DNA of 64,000 nucleotides, from positions 226,921-290,920 of the forward strand of contig ML992505.1 of NCBI GenBank assembly GCA_010093995.1, in the 5' to 3' direction. Origin of the DNA: Elsinoe ampelina (lineage: Eukaryota). The notes beneath the pieces were generated by a model. That model was not told the DNA's origin. It saw only the letters and a list, made by a program, of their open reading frames with translations, and did no database searches. Shown here piece after piece: positions 46,161 to 59,387 of the stretch (position 1 is its first letter; each line of letters opens with the position of its first letter). Position numbers and translations under genes: made by a program.

Positions 46161-48686
46161 GTTTGTCGATGGTGGAGGACATGATAAGATGTCACTGAGA
46201 TACTAGCTGATGTATCCCGGCGAAGTTGAGATGATGAGTAGACCAAGAAGAGAGGAAAGAAGCCGGCCTTTATAGAAGTATCTGGATCTTGTCGGGAACC
46301 GAGTGAGAGTGATGAGCGGGTGGTTGGGGAGCGCGATACACCCTGCAATTGACAAAGGAGACCTGTTGTCCAGGCGCCGGTGATACCTTGGACGGGACAT
46401 CCATGCCTCTGAGCACTGTCATCGGTATGGAACGAGTCCAATAGACGGTCCTGTGTTGTCTGGATTGATTGCCTTCCTGCAATGAGCCTTGTGTGTTCCA
46501 TCTCATAAGACCAATCGTCGCTATGCTCCTTGATGCTGTGCAATGCCGTGTATCATATCCTTCATCTTGTGTGTCCTCTTGTGGTCATCAAGGACGATCA
46601 TAGTAGGCTGAGGAGCGTTGTCGCCGTCGGAACGATGTGCCACAAGAGTGTAATCAAGGAATTGAGATGTAGTAAGCCGGGAGGCTGAACCGCGCGACTG
46701 AATTGACGTCGACCCATTTGTCACCATCGGAGACAGGAGACAGGACGAGATAAACTTGATTGGAGCTGTAATGATACAATTGCCAGGCAGATTGCCCTCG
46801 CGATGGGTGCCACGGAGGCAGGGAGGCCCTCGGAGGTAGTTGATAGGTCGACAATCGACAAGAGGTCTCTGCAACAACATTAGCCCGCATCCCTTGGCTC
46901 TCCTAGCCATCTGTGCATCGACAATCATCACTCCGTACAACCCGCCAGCCGCCGATGACAAGTACGATTGATGTCAATCGACCGGTATGAGCTGCTATCA
47001 ATCGAGAATGATTTGGCACGGAGTACTGGCGTCAGAGTGTGAGCACTGTGGTCATCTGGACGGTGTTGTCCCATCCATTGGCCGCTCAGGCCCATACGAG
47101 CCCTGCCAATATCAGTGGCTGATCGATGAGCGTCCTAGAGCCCTGATGCGGGCGAGCGAGCACCGTCGGCTTGGTCTGTAACACCCCGACCCCTCGGCAG
47201 TCATCCTGCTCTCGCCTGGCCAGATCAGGCGATTGCTTTGATTATCGGGCTGCGAGCAGGCGATGGATGACCTCGAGCGAGGACAAGTCTTTGTTCTGGC
47301 CCTAGGCTGCGACAAAGAAGGACCCTGTTGTGGTATCCTGAGTGCTGGCGGACCTGCACGGAGCTCCTCCTCTTCAGTTTCCCGTGGGTAGCTCGCTGCG
47401 CCCATCCGTGATAGTCTCGCTGGCGCCGTGCTTCGATGATTGGCGAGGACAGTACGCTAAGGATGAGGGTGAAGACAGTCGTGCAGCCTGTGTTCAATTG
47501 ATTATCTAGTGTCAGGTCGAGCAGCTCGTCATGGCGACGAGCAAGGCGGCTGTGGTGGTCGCACGCAGCACCCACGCGCAAAGATCAAGCGGAAGCTTTG
47601 GTGCATGTGGTCCGAGCGGTGGTGTCAATAGCAGTGCCGAAGGATCGCCAGGTCCGACAAGCCCGCCGAAAGTCAAACGCCGTCCAGCTCGAACATCGCC
47701 ACGACGAAGGCATCGATCTATCCCCACTATGAAGCCTATATGGTGTGATTAAGCAGAGCAAGCCCGAGTAATCTCACAGGAGCCTCTAGAGTCGTGGAGC
47801 AACCGTGAAAGAGCGAAGGGAATACCGCTCCCCTTGGACAAAGCCAGGGAACGCAGTCCACCTTCAAGCCGACAAAGGAAAACTACGGAGCAACAAAGGA
47901 ACAGCATCCAATCACTCTATCACCCCTGCAATGATGTCTGATGAGGCAGAGAGGTAACACAGAGCAAGAGAGATTTTCAAGCATCGACGCGTGAGGAAAT
48001 TATACCGATAGCGCATCCTGATCCTGTTTCACGGAGCCATCCCGCAGCACAACAGGCCAGTCTATGAACGCGCTACAGGGGAGACTGCTTCGCATTCGGG
48101 AATAGATCGAGATAAAGCATTATCGTCGACATCCCACCTGGCGTACGAGTGCAGCGCGGAATAACAACTCCGTGGAAGTACAATGGCATTGACCCCTCTT
48201 TGGTGCATAGCATCTGCATAGCTCACGAGTGCCAGTAGTGACAGGGTTTATACGCGAGGAGAAGCGCATAGTCCTGCATCACCCCTCTGCACTGCACACT
48301 GTCAAATACGAAGCCCTCCGGCGAGGTCGCTGCTCTGTCCTCACGCGACGGCACTTCGACTACCTCCAAGACAATTGACCACTCACCCTCTTCACCGATC
48401 CCCACTGGACCTTCGCACAAGCACACCTCACATCTCTCTCGAGACGCTCATCACCGACCTGGTCCCACGACACCAGCACAACATCCTCCGAAACAATCGA
48501 CAAAGAGAGCAAGAAGACTGACAGTACGGCCTTCGGAGAACAAACGTCAAGGAGAGCATTGGCAACACTTGGCCGGAACAATTTCACGACAGCAGTGCCA
48601 ACATTCACTCACCTTGGTCGGACACTCAGTGGACCCCAGCACGCATCACCACTCTCAAGCATTTCTCTTCCCCAGCGTATCCGACA

Positions 48687-49582
48687 TGCCAGCATCCCCA
48701 GCATCCCCAGCGAACAGCGCGAGCGGTGGTATGGGCGGTGAGAATCAGTACCAAGGACAGTCTCCCACGGCCGCCCAGCAGACACCACGACGCCCACTGC
48801 GTCCCGAGGCACCAGCCTTCAGTCTTCTTAGGCCTGAAGCACCGGTATTCACGCCGGCCATGCCACCTTCGGCAAACCCATCGTCAGCGAATCGGGGCAC
48901 AATTCCGGGTCTACCTCTTGGGATCCGGCCACATCCCCTTCGCAGCAATCCTCCGTTGAGGAGGGTGCTTCTAGTAGGGGTACCGGCGTTAGTCCCCAGG
49001 AGACCAGTTCGTCACATGGGCCCGAGGTCCACGAACTCAGACCGAAGTGCCGTAGATTCGGTCATGAGTGCGACTGGAGACCGGCCCATCACTGCCCCGC
49101 TCGCTGGCCTGGGTCAGAGAAACGCCCCTGACCTCCTGCCCCCTCCGACTTACCCACCGCCGGCCCGCTTCGATCACAGGGAGCAGGATCCAAGGCCTCC
49201 AATCACTCCTCCACTGACCAATGGCAGAGCGAGCCATGGCAGTAGCACCGAGCCAGTCCCCCGACGTCGGCTTCACAACACCCCGGCAGGAACTCCTGGT
49301 CGAGCGACCGGGCCCGGCAACGTCAACGGCACCTCCGAAAGCGACGCAGAAGTCGAAGAGGACGAGGATCCGGAAGCCCCCGAGGTGAGCTACTTCTTCC
49401 CGGAGGCAGACGAGACCGACAGCGACGATATTGACGTCGATTGGAGCACCAGTAGTCGGTCGGTGCTCTCCGCCGAGAGGTACTATCAGCGTCTCGAGGC
49501 GGAGCGATTGGATGCTCACAGGAGGCTGGCAAGGGAGCGGCAGGCGTACCTCGTGCGGTGGCAACGGGCTCTTCTCGAGTAG
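48687..49582 (+). CDS. Orphan Pro-rich protein with tandem PAM2-like motifs
   Basis: ~300-codon ORF: PLRPEAPAFS-LLRPEAPVFTP, an acidic patch and a helical C-terminus. Start uncertain. Confidence 0.45.
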
Positions 49583-50549
49583 GTCTCTTCCATGTGCGTC
49601 CATGCAAGCTCAGCTAATCGGAGTAGGTCGTACCATGAGTGGGTGATAGACGAGTGAGCAAAAGAGGTGACGATAGACTTTCGGTGAGCAATTTCCTGGT
49701 ATTTTCTTTTTCCCTCCTTCTGTGTGCCCTTGCCACAAGGGCGAAGTCCACTCTTCGTTCAACATTTCCAATATATGTTCCCCAACTCGGTACGCGATCG
49801 TTGGCCTGTGAGGTCTCTCATAGTCCCATCGTCCCATGTCTACTCGACAACGTCGTCGGCGATCGCAGAGCCGCGTGCACTGGGGTTGTCCAAAAGATCA
49901 TGATCAGCTCGACAATCGCCTCTGCGGTGCATGTTCCCTCCTCTTGCACTTCAGGGATGTCTCCCGTCCTCCTTCTGCACGTCTCTTTCATCGTTGCTGT
50001 ATGGTGACGCGTGGTTCCATTGCTGGACCGAAAGCTTTGTCGATAAAGTTGCTCATAGTTCATCGACTGATCATCTCAGTGTCGTCGAAGGTCTTTCAGA
50101 CCCAGATACTGGACACATCAAGCACCAGGACAGATTGGAAAGATGCACGAGTGCTCGATGAGCTGTGAAAGGGTCGTCGTCGAGGGTCAGGATAAAGGAG
50201 TGAAGTCCTTTGTTCCGTCGGCAAGCGCGGCCGACAGCCAAGCAACTTTCAGGATTGGCTCGTGCGGAGGAATATCGAGGTCATTAGAAATGTCCAAATG
50301 AAACGTCAATCAACAGCTCTTGTTCATCACTTGTCCCAGTCTTATCGCGCGATCTAGTTGGATATCTTTGTACCAGTATTGCAAACTCTGGATCAAATGT
50401 ACTAGCGCAGCTCTCATCCTTTTGCATTCCTCCATGCATGACCTTCACACCAAGCGACAGAGATATCGGACTATTCTTACAGCTCCGGCTTGCCTGGAGT
50501 TCAGCACAAGAGGCGGATAGGTGATGGCTACACCTGGTGGGTCACATAT

Positions 50550-52413
50550 ATGAGGGCAGACTATGCAGGTATATCTGCTGGTCATCCCTAGGAAACAAGA
50601 TCTATTGCAGTTGCTGATTCTATCTTCAAGAGCCCAAATGGCCACGACGGTCCTCCGTGACTAGGAGTCCCGATACTGTATCCCCGTTATGGCCCGACAG
50701 ACCTATACGACCATTACCTAGGAATCGTCTCCGGTCACAGTTGTCACCAGAGCAAGCAGATTCTATCGTCTATCCTCCAGTGCCCACGCAATCGTCACCA
50801 CTGTTCAGCTTTCCGTACGGTGTCTCGGAAGGACAAGAGGCGAGGTCAGGGAGCAGGCCGAATGGACACAGGCATAGCAGTCCAGCACACTGTGACTGCG
50901 GAGAATATCATCAAGACCACAGCGATGAGGAGGAGGTAGCATACGATCACCCCAGCTATCGTTGGTCCTCTCCAGGCGCAGATGGAGCACCCCTCAGCAA
51001 TGCACAGCAGAAGCTTCTCGCCTCCTCGCGATCGGGCAAGGTCCCTCCGCCACCGGCGTCGACGGCATCTTCTGCCGATGGCTACGAGTCATTCGAGAAT
51101 ACCAGCAACAAGAAAAAGCGGAAAATACCTCTTTCCGGTGGTTTCAGTGTTCACCAATCAAATTTATCGGCCGAGCTGGCCAACATGGGTATTTCTACGC
51201 CTGCAGGAGCAGGGGATCCGGCTGATCAGGTCAACGGCACATCACATCTGGGCATTTCGTCCCCAGCTCCTTCGTCAAACGGTGGAACAGGGATTTCCGG
51301 TGCAGGCAGAGGAAGGTACAGCAGGAGCACAGGCAAGGGTGATCGCCGCGCCGTGAATGGCACGATATCAGGAAATTACTCGTCGAGCTTGTCTGCAAGA
51401 TCCCGCGGTGGTGATTATCGAGGGGATGGCACGAAACCGAGTGAGTCAAGCGTGGGTGAAACCTGCGCACAACTGAGCTAACCTCGCTTGTAGAGCACAA
51501 CGGCGATCAAGGCATCATCTCAGCAGCGATAGCAAACGCCGCAGGTCAACCACCAACGACACCACCAAAGGGGAAGGAAAATGTGAGCCTACTTTCGCAG
51601 GAGGCGGACAATACCACACCGAAGTCGCAGTTCACCTTCACCTGCGAGACGGATGCTTCCAGCAAGATATCGTGGCCATTGCAAGGATCCGGACAATACA
51701 GCAACCCACCATCGAAGCGAAATTACTACCCGATCAGGCAACGCCCAGGTGATCCTGTCAACGTCAATCAGGGCACACAGACAGCACCTGCCCCTCGCGG
51801 TCCACCCGATCCCAGGATGGCAGCGCCTGCACCACCTCCAGCCCCGCAGTCGCAGATGCCAATGAATGGGCAGCCACCACCTCCGAAGCCAAGACGCAGA
51901 CGCCCGAGCAAGGAGTTTGCCATGGCAGCACGGGAGAGGCGCTTGCGTCAGGAGTTCAACAATTACCAGCACAAGCCGACCATGGATTCAATGTGGATAT
52001 GCGAATTTTGTGAATACGAAGATATCTGGGGTCAGCCCCCTCGTGCTCTAATCAGGCAGTACGAGATCAAGGACCGCAATGAGAAGGCGAAGGCGGAAGA
52101 GCGCCGCAGGCTACTGGAGAAGGCCAAGATGAAGGGCAAGAAGGGCAGGAACAAAGGGAAGGGCGGCAAGAACAACAACAATCCTCCGCCGGCAAACACG
52201 GATCCGGCGTACGACCAAGGCCTGGACAATGTCAACATGCCGCCAGATATGCAGGGTGATGGATACTATGAGGACGAGTACGACGATGGGTATGATCCTG
52301 TTGATCCGAATGACCCAGCGTACCACCAGCACTATCAGTACGATGATCATGTGGACGTGGGACATGGCGTTCAGCAAGGTCATGCACCTCCTGTGCCTCC
52401 TCCGCCTGCTTGA
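50550..52413 (+). CDS. Hypothetical probable nuclear protein (NLS-like NKKKRKIP, C-terminal WICEFCEYE motif)
   Basis: Introns 50569-50630 and 51441-51493 give one frame containing PDRPIRPLP, DGYESFENTSNKKKRKIP, GIISAAIANA and WICEFCEYEDIWG..PRALIRQYEIKDR. The 5' end may extend further upstream. Confidence 0.82.
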
Positions 52414-53039
52414 CCATGCAGCTTCGGCAAGGATGTCTGCTCTCCGACTGCTCCGAGTAGGACAATTTTGGGGGTTGCCTGATCTGCACAGCATGAGCAG
52501 CACACACCAAGGACCACAATCATACAGTCTTGGCCATTCGCCAAAGCAAAGCGGCCAGTGCGTCGACGGTGGTGAACATGCGTGCTCGTCACCACGAGCT
52601 GTCGCCGTACCGCAAAGGAAGGGTTGGACAATGAGCTCACACATCTGAGCCCGACTTGCATAGCCCTGCCTTTCCTTTGTCAAAGCATCCCCTCTCCAGA
52701 TAGCCAAGAATCAATGGCAGCAATATCCGTGAATGTTCATCGTTGTGGTTTCCCAGTCTAAGTGATCAGTTGAGCCTCAATGAAGCCCTCCTCGCTGTTT
52801 CGAACATTGATCGGAAGAATGCCAAAAGAGGCAAATCCGCACCATCCGAGGCTGCCTTCGGGAGACTCTCCGCCGAACCTTCCCCTCACCCCTCCAAGAA
52901 TGCCCTTAGGCAGGTTGCCCGCGATCATCTTGGGGCATGGTGATTCAACATAGACCGTGAAGACATGTGAGCTTGCTTTCGCGTGTAGGTATCATTATCA
53001 CTCAACTGCTTTTCGCTCCACAAGGCTATAGAGTTCAAC

Positions 53040-54138
53040 ATGACAAGTACCACTGTAAAGCCTCCAACCCCTCCTCAGGCACCATTCTCTTTACCAGGCA
53101 AGACTGCGATTGTGACAGGAGCGGGCTCTGGTATGCTTGATGGTACATTTGCAGATATTACACTCTTTGATGCATGATAGGGATCAATCTATGCTTCGCC
53201 GAGCTCCTACTCGAGGCTGGGACAAATGTGGTCATCGCTGACCTTGCCCTCCGACCTGAAGCGGAGGCTCTCATCAAGCAATACGAGACAAAGCAGGATG
53301 GCAAACAGCGAGCCGTGTTTGTCAAGACAAATGTCACGATATGGAATGAATTGGAGAACATGTTCAAGGTGGCTGATGAGGAGTTTGGGGGAGCTGACAT
53401 TGTGAGTCGATCGATCACACTGAATGATGGCCCAATTGACGGCATTAGGTATGTCCTGGGGCAGGAGTGTTTGAACCACCTTGGTCCAACTTCTGGCACC
53501 CACCAGGCACTTCGCTGTCCAAGGACTCTATCACTGGTGACTCCCCGAGCGGACTGGGCCACTACATGACGCTCGACCTGAATCTCACCCATCCCATCCG
53601 AGTCACACAAATGGCCATTGCCCGCTGGCTAAACCCTGTTCCTGGCTCCAAGGTCGGCAAGGTCTCCCCTCAGAACCCCAAACGAGTAGTCCACATCTCC
53701 TCCATAGCAGGGCAGACAGCGTCTCTACTCACCCCTCTCTACCACGTCTCCAAGCACGGCATCACCTCCTTCATCAAATCACTTGCCTTGCTAGATCAAA
53801 TCGGCATTCGTGTGAATGGCGTAGGACCAGGTCTGATCATGACACCACTCTGGCACGATCATCAAGACAAGATGCAATTCGTCAAGGAGGGGCATGAGAC
53901 GTGGGTGCACCCCAAGGAGGTAGCGGAGGCTATGATGGCTTGTTTGATTGATGACCAGTATGGAGCGGGCGCGATGGTCGAGATCACAAAGGACAAGAGG
54001 AGACTGGTGGAGTTCTACAATGATCCGGGTCCTGATCCGGCGGTTTTGGCTGGGTTTGAGATGAAGGATGCTTTTGGATCTGTGTTTGAGACGTTGGGCA
54101 AGGAGGGATGGGGGACGAAGGACCAGAAGGCTGAGTAG
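53040..54138 (+). CDS. Short-chain dehydrogenase/reductase (15-hydroxyprostaglandin dehydrogenase-like)
   Basis: GKTAIVTGAGS|GIN Rossmann motif, DI|VCPGAGVFEPPWSNFW, SSIAG, catalytic YHVSK, IRVNGVGPG. Two introns near 53131-53180 and 53402-53448. Confidence 0.93.
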
Positions 54139-54471
54139 ATATGTCGATTGCTGTATAGCTTAGTGACAGCTGTATCTTTCTTCGATACCGCTTGCTCAGG
54201 TACAAAAGGTGAAGCAGAGCTACCCCGCCAAACACCAACATGACAACATCACCCCCGCAACCCGAGCTGCCTGCCTATTCCAGGCACAATCTCACCATTA
54301 GGGCACGCCGTCACGGCACCACGATGCCGATATTACAGTCAATCTCTGGACTATAGAGTTCACAATTGCTCTCCTATCCATTTCCTCTCCGTCCCGCCGT
54401 CTCTTCATCCCTCGACCTCCTCCCCATCGATTCCCTGACCATCAGACACGACACAAACCAAACCAACCACA

Positions 54472-56782
54472 ATGACAGTCCGCACCCGCCTCACCCCCCA
54501 AACCCTCCTCTCCGCCCCTCGCCGCTCCCCCGCCCTCCCCAACCCCAGCGGCACTCTCGTCCTGCACACCGCAACCACCTACTCCTTCAGCACCCACAGC
54601 AAAACCACCGAACTCCGCCTCCTCTCCCCCTCCAACAACGAATCCACCCTCCTCTCCACCTCCTCCTCCCTCTCCTCCCCCGTCTGGCTAGACGACACCA
54701 CCTTCCTCCTCCTCTCCTCCTCCGAGGGCAAAACCGACATCCTCGCGTCCCCCGCCCTCGATTTCTCAGCGCGGTACACCGTCGGCTCCATCCCCAGCTC
54801 AGCAGACAACCTCAAGATCACCCGCCTGGATAACGGAGGTATAGGCGTAGTCGTCTCCGCCCTGCAAGACGACCAAGGCGAGCTATGGGAAGGGAAGAAG
54901 CGGGAGACATACTCCTCGGGGAAGCTGTACAAGAGCCTCTACGCGCGACACTGGGATACCTGGGAGGGGCAGGGGAAGAATGCACTATGGTACGCTGTCG
55001 CGGCGCGGGAGTCTGGGAAATGGGGCCTGCGTACCGAGTGGCGGAATCTGCTCAAGGGTCGGAAGGGGTTAGAGAGTCCGGTGCGTCCGTTTGGGGGGAC
55101 GGATAGTTTCGATGTGAGTAGGTCGGGGATTGTGTTTGTGAGTAAAGATCCGGAGAGGAATCCGGCGTTGAATACCACGTGTGGGGTTTATCTGGCGGGG
55201 TTGAGTTCGTTTGAGGAGGAGCCGGGGGAGGTGGAGATTGAGCGGGTGGACGATTTGCCTGGGCAGGAGGGGGCGGCGGGGAGTCCGGTGTTTACGCCGG
55301 ATGGGGATGGGGTGGCGTTTTTGAAGATGAGGATTAATGGGTATGAGAGTGATAGGAATCAGATCTGGGTTATGTTGGATGTGCATACGGGGAAGAAGGG
55401 GGTGAGGGCGGCGATGGAGATGGAGGCGGTCAAGGGGTGGGATAAGAGTCCTTCGGTAAGTCCTGTCAGGGGAGATTAGGCTGGCCAAGTGTACTGACTG
55501 TATGCAGAGTCTAGTCTGGAGTCTTGACGGACAAACGCTGTACTTGGTCGCGGAAGAAGCAGGATACAACAAGCTCTTCTCGCTATCATTAACCGGTAGT
55601 GCTTCGCCATACCCGAAGACGCTCACAGAGAAAGGCTCAGTATCATCTGCTGTGCCATTGACGGACGGCTCAGTATTCCTGTCATCTACCTCTTTGATCG
55701 ACAATAGCTTGTACTCGATTGTGAAGCCAACAGAGGTAAATTCAGTAGCATCTCTGGTTTGGTCACACTCAATCTCAAAAAGCGGCTCAGCATTTGGTCT
55801 TTCAGAATCACAAGTCTCCTCGATATGGACACCTGCAGCAAATCCAGATATCAACGAGAAGGTGCACTCGTGGGTGGTTCGTCCGTCTAACTACGACAAG
55901 TCGAAGAAGTATCCTCTGGCTTTTTTGATCCACGGAGGACCTCAAGGAGCATGGACGGATGCTTGGTCGACTAGATGGAACTCTGCTGTTTTTGCCGAAC
56001 AAGGCTACATTGTGGTCTCACCCAACCCGACCGGCTCGACAGGATACGGTCAAGCGTTCACTGATGCCATCCGGAAACAGTGGGGTGGTGATCCATACCG
56101 CGACCTCGAGAACGTGTTCGAATACATCGAGAAGGAACTCTCCGACGTCGACACATCAAACGCTGTCGCTCTCGGCGCCAGCTACGGCGGCTACATGATC
56201 AACTGGATCAACGGCCACCCACTCGGACGAAAATTCAAAGCCCTCGTCAACCACGACGGCATCTTCTCCGTCAACGCCGGCCTCGCCACCGACGAGTTAT
56301 ACTTCCCCTTCTACGACCTCGGCGGCCTCCCGTTCTACTCCCCCTCCTCCTCCGGCGCCGACATCTCCGCCCAAGAAACCGAAACCAAACGCACCTTCGG
56401 CACCACCGACCTCCAAACCTGGATCGCCAACGATCCAGCCCAACACCTTGACAAGTGGGAGACGCCGCAACTCGTCATCCACAGCAGCAAGGACTACCGT
56501 CTCTGCATAAGCGAGGGACTCTCTGCGTTCAACGTGCTCCAGGCGCGCGGCATCGAGAGCCAATTCCTCACGTTCCCGGACGAGAATCACTGGGTGCTCA
56601 AGCCCGAGAATTCCCTGGTGTGGCACAAGGTGGTGTTCAATTGGATCAACAAATTCACCGGTCTACCCCAGCTCGCGGACGAAGGAGCGGAAGGAGCTGA
56701 TTTCTACGGTGGGGTGGTGCAGAAGGAGGGCCAGAGGGAGGGCGAGCAGGATGTGATTGCGTTTGGGAATCCGACGACGTAG
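54472..56782 (+). CDS. DPP5: Dipeptidyl peptidase V-like S9 serine peptidase, no signal peptide
   Basis: LYARHWDTW, PFGGTDSFD, YESDRN, IHGGPQGAW, nucleophile motif GASYGG, KDYRL, FPDENHWV. Intron ~55456-55508. Confidence 0.92.
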
Positions 56783-59387
56783 TTGCGTGGACAGCGGGTA
56801 CGGTATGGTAGAGTACACAACGAGTGGTGGGGAGATGGATGCTGGCGGTGAAGACATGGTCTTGCGTCTGGCTTCTTGCGTCTCGCATCTGGCGTATGCA
56901 TCACGCTCGTCCCGAGGCCTACATAGGCGAACATGCATAGACCACGCACATGCCCACATTTCTCTTCGCCCTTTGATCCTCCCCCTTCCGTGCCCCTCTC
57001 GGTAGGCTTGCAGGCGGCGTCAACCACGTGTCCGCCCACGCCGCGATGGTCCCACCGTCGTCACCGTGGAGAGTCGCACATGTGCCTGAGGCTGTCTGCC
57101 ATGCCCGGAGATGAATCTCGTCTCCGTGCGCCAGCCACGAACGCGTCCTTGCCTCTCGGCGGGACGAGGTTAGGGCTGGCATGGCGGTATGTCTCAGTAG
57201 GCGAACCAGCATGGGGGAATCACGAGGATGGGAATTACGAATTGCGAACGTGACTTGCTTGGAGTGGAGTCGGAAGTAGTGGTTGGCAAGACAGGCGGCT
57301 GAGGCATCCACTTCGGGAGAGGGTGGTGATGATGCAAGGTTGTCGGACGGCTGGACTGCTGCGTTTGACCGGTCAGTGGCATGGACTTGGGCTTGACCGG
57401 TTCTGAAGCTGCAAAATGCGCAAGTGATGCGATTCATCGAACCCGCAAACCACTCGGAGCGCTCCCTTTGGTCGTCGCCAGAGCAGTCAGGGCTGATGTC
57501 CGTTCAATCGTTCATCGTTGAAGCTTCACTGAATAATTCCACCTTCCGAGCATCACAAGTTCATAAGTTAGTAATAACTTATGCACCGACAGACAGGGAA
57601 AAAAGTGCGGCCGCTAGCGCCCCTCCGCGTGGTCGATAAGCGAGACTAGCGCTCGTTAGCGTGGAGTCGGGACTACAGCTCGCGATTATCTCGCACCGGC
57701 GGTTGAACTGCTGCTGCTGCGGTGATGTTGAGGCTGCTAGTAGTGGGGGACACAAGATGGTCAAGCTTCGGGTTCGCTTCTGGAAGGGCGCTAGGGGATT
57801 TATGGACCCGGCAGAAGAGTGATTGATTGATTGATAAAGCTGAGGTGGTAGAACAGCTAGGCGATTGCGAGCACGCCGGGCATGATCCCGAGGGAGGAGG
57901 CAGAGAGCCATGTGCGCTCTCGTGCGTATGGCAACCTTACGTGCGTTCCCTCACACCTCCCATGCTTCAATTCGCCTATCGCCCGCGAAAACAAGTGAAG
58001 TCAGTCTGCTATACAACCAACCCACAGATCTGAGATCTCATCTGCAGCAGTCCAACCCAACCAATCAGAGCTCCGAGATAGTGCGTCGAGTAGTCCCCCA
58101 CTTTTTCCCCCTTCCTTCCCGCCGCCCATTCTTCGGGCGTCGGGACGATGCCTCCCCCTTCCTTTTGCTCTTCCAAGGTTTTTTGCGACGGAGCACGCTC
58201 GCCTGTGGAGAAGGGTGATAGGCTCGGTAGCCGAGGGAGTGGTCGTTGTCGTTGTCGTCGGGTCCTCGCGGGCAGGAATGCCATGCGGGTGACGAGTGCA
58301 CTACTGCATGGCGAGGCATGGCGTGGCATGCGATCAGGACAGACATGTGGTGCAAAGCTATGGACGAGAGAGCGAACTGCGCAAGTGGGAAGCTTATCCC
58401 CCTTTCTCCCGGTCTCCAGTGGGACACAGGGCCGTACAATCTCGCAGTGTCGGCGCAAAGCGACATGCATCATCGAACAACACTAGATGATGAAAATCTC
58501 GCTAACCAAGCCGCACGATGTCACCATGGTTGATGCTTGACCTGCGTCTGCGACTACAGCACAGTACACTGTGCATGCATACATGCAGTGTTAACCGTGC
58601 CTCTAACTTCCGGGTAATAACGACTCAGCAGGCGAGTGCAACCCTTCCCATTCCCTTCCTCTGCCTCTGGCTTGCGTATGCCGCCACGCAGTGTGACACG
58701 CTCCCGGCACCTTGGTTCTCCCCGTGTCCGCATTGTGGTCTCCGCCGTTGACGTCGCATCCCGTTTGGAGGGGGCCCACCGTTTGGCGCGAGGGCGCAGG
58801 CGCAACGGTCGTTTGCGTCGTTCTTGGGGGATTGATTGAAAAAGAGGGATTGGCGCCCCCCCGTTCTTTCTGGGGGTCTGGATTCATTGATTGACTTGGG
58901 AAGGGCGATCTGTTTTGTTGATCTTTTGTTGCTGATTGTCGGTTTGGATATAGAGCTCAGACAGGAGCTTCGACCTCTGAGATCTGGTTTCACTGATTGA
59001 TTGCATCAGGACTACATTGTTGTTCGAAACTGGAATTGTAGGCCGAGGGCTCGCAACAATATCGACAGGGATCTCATTTAGAGTTTACCATCTCGCTTCT
59101 CTGGAACGGGTTGCACTTCAACGAGCGAACCTATCCGGGGCATAACCTGACTAATCCGCAGGAACGACGTCGTATTTTGTGGTGTCGATAAATTGATTTG
59201 GTATTCCGGACGAGGCTATATACTGTCTCGGATCCTGTCGAGAAAGATTCAAGATACCATTACCTCGCCGTCGGCCGACTCTGGACTCTCCCCCACTGCG
59301 AAACTCGGACTACCACTGCACAACTCGCCTTTCATGGGTGGCCGACCTCTCACCAAGCCTTCCATCAGATACAGCAGTGGAGCGGTG

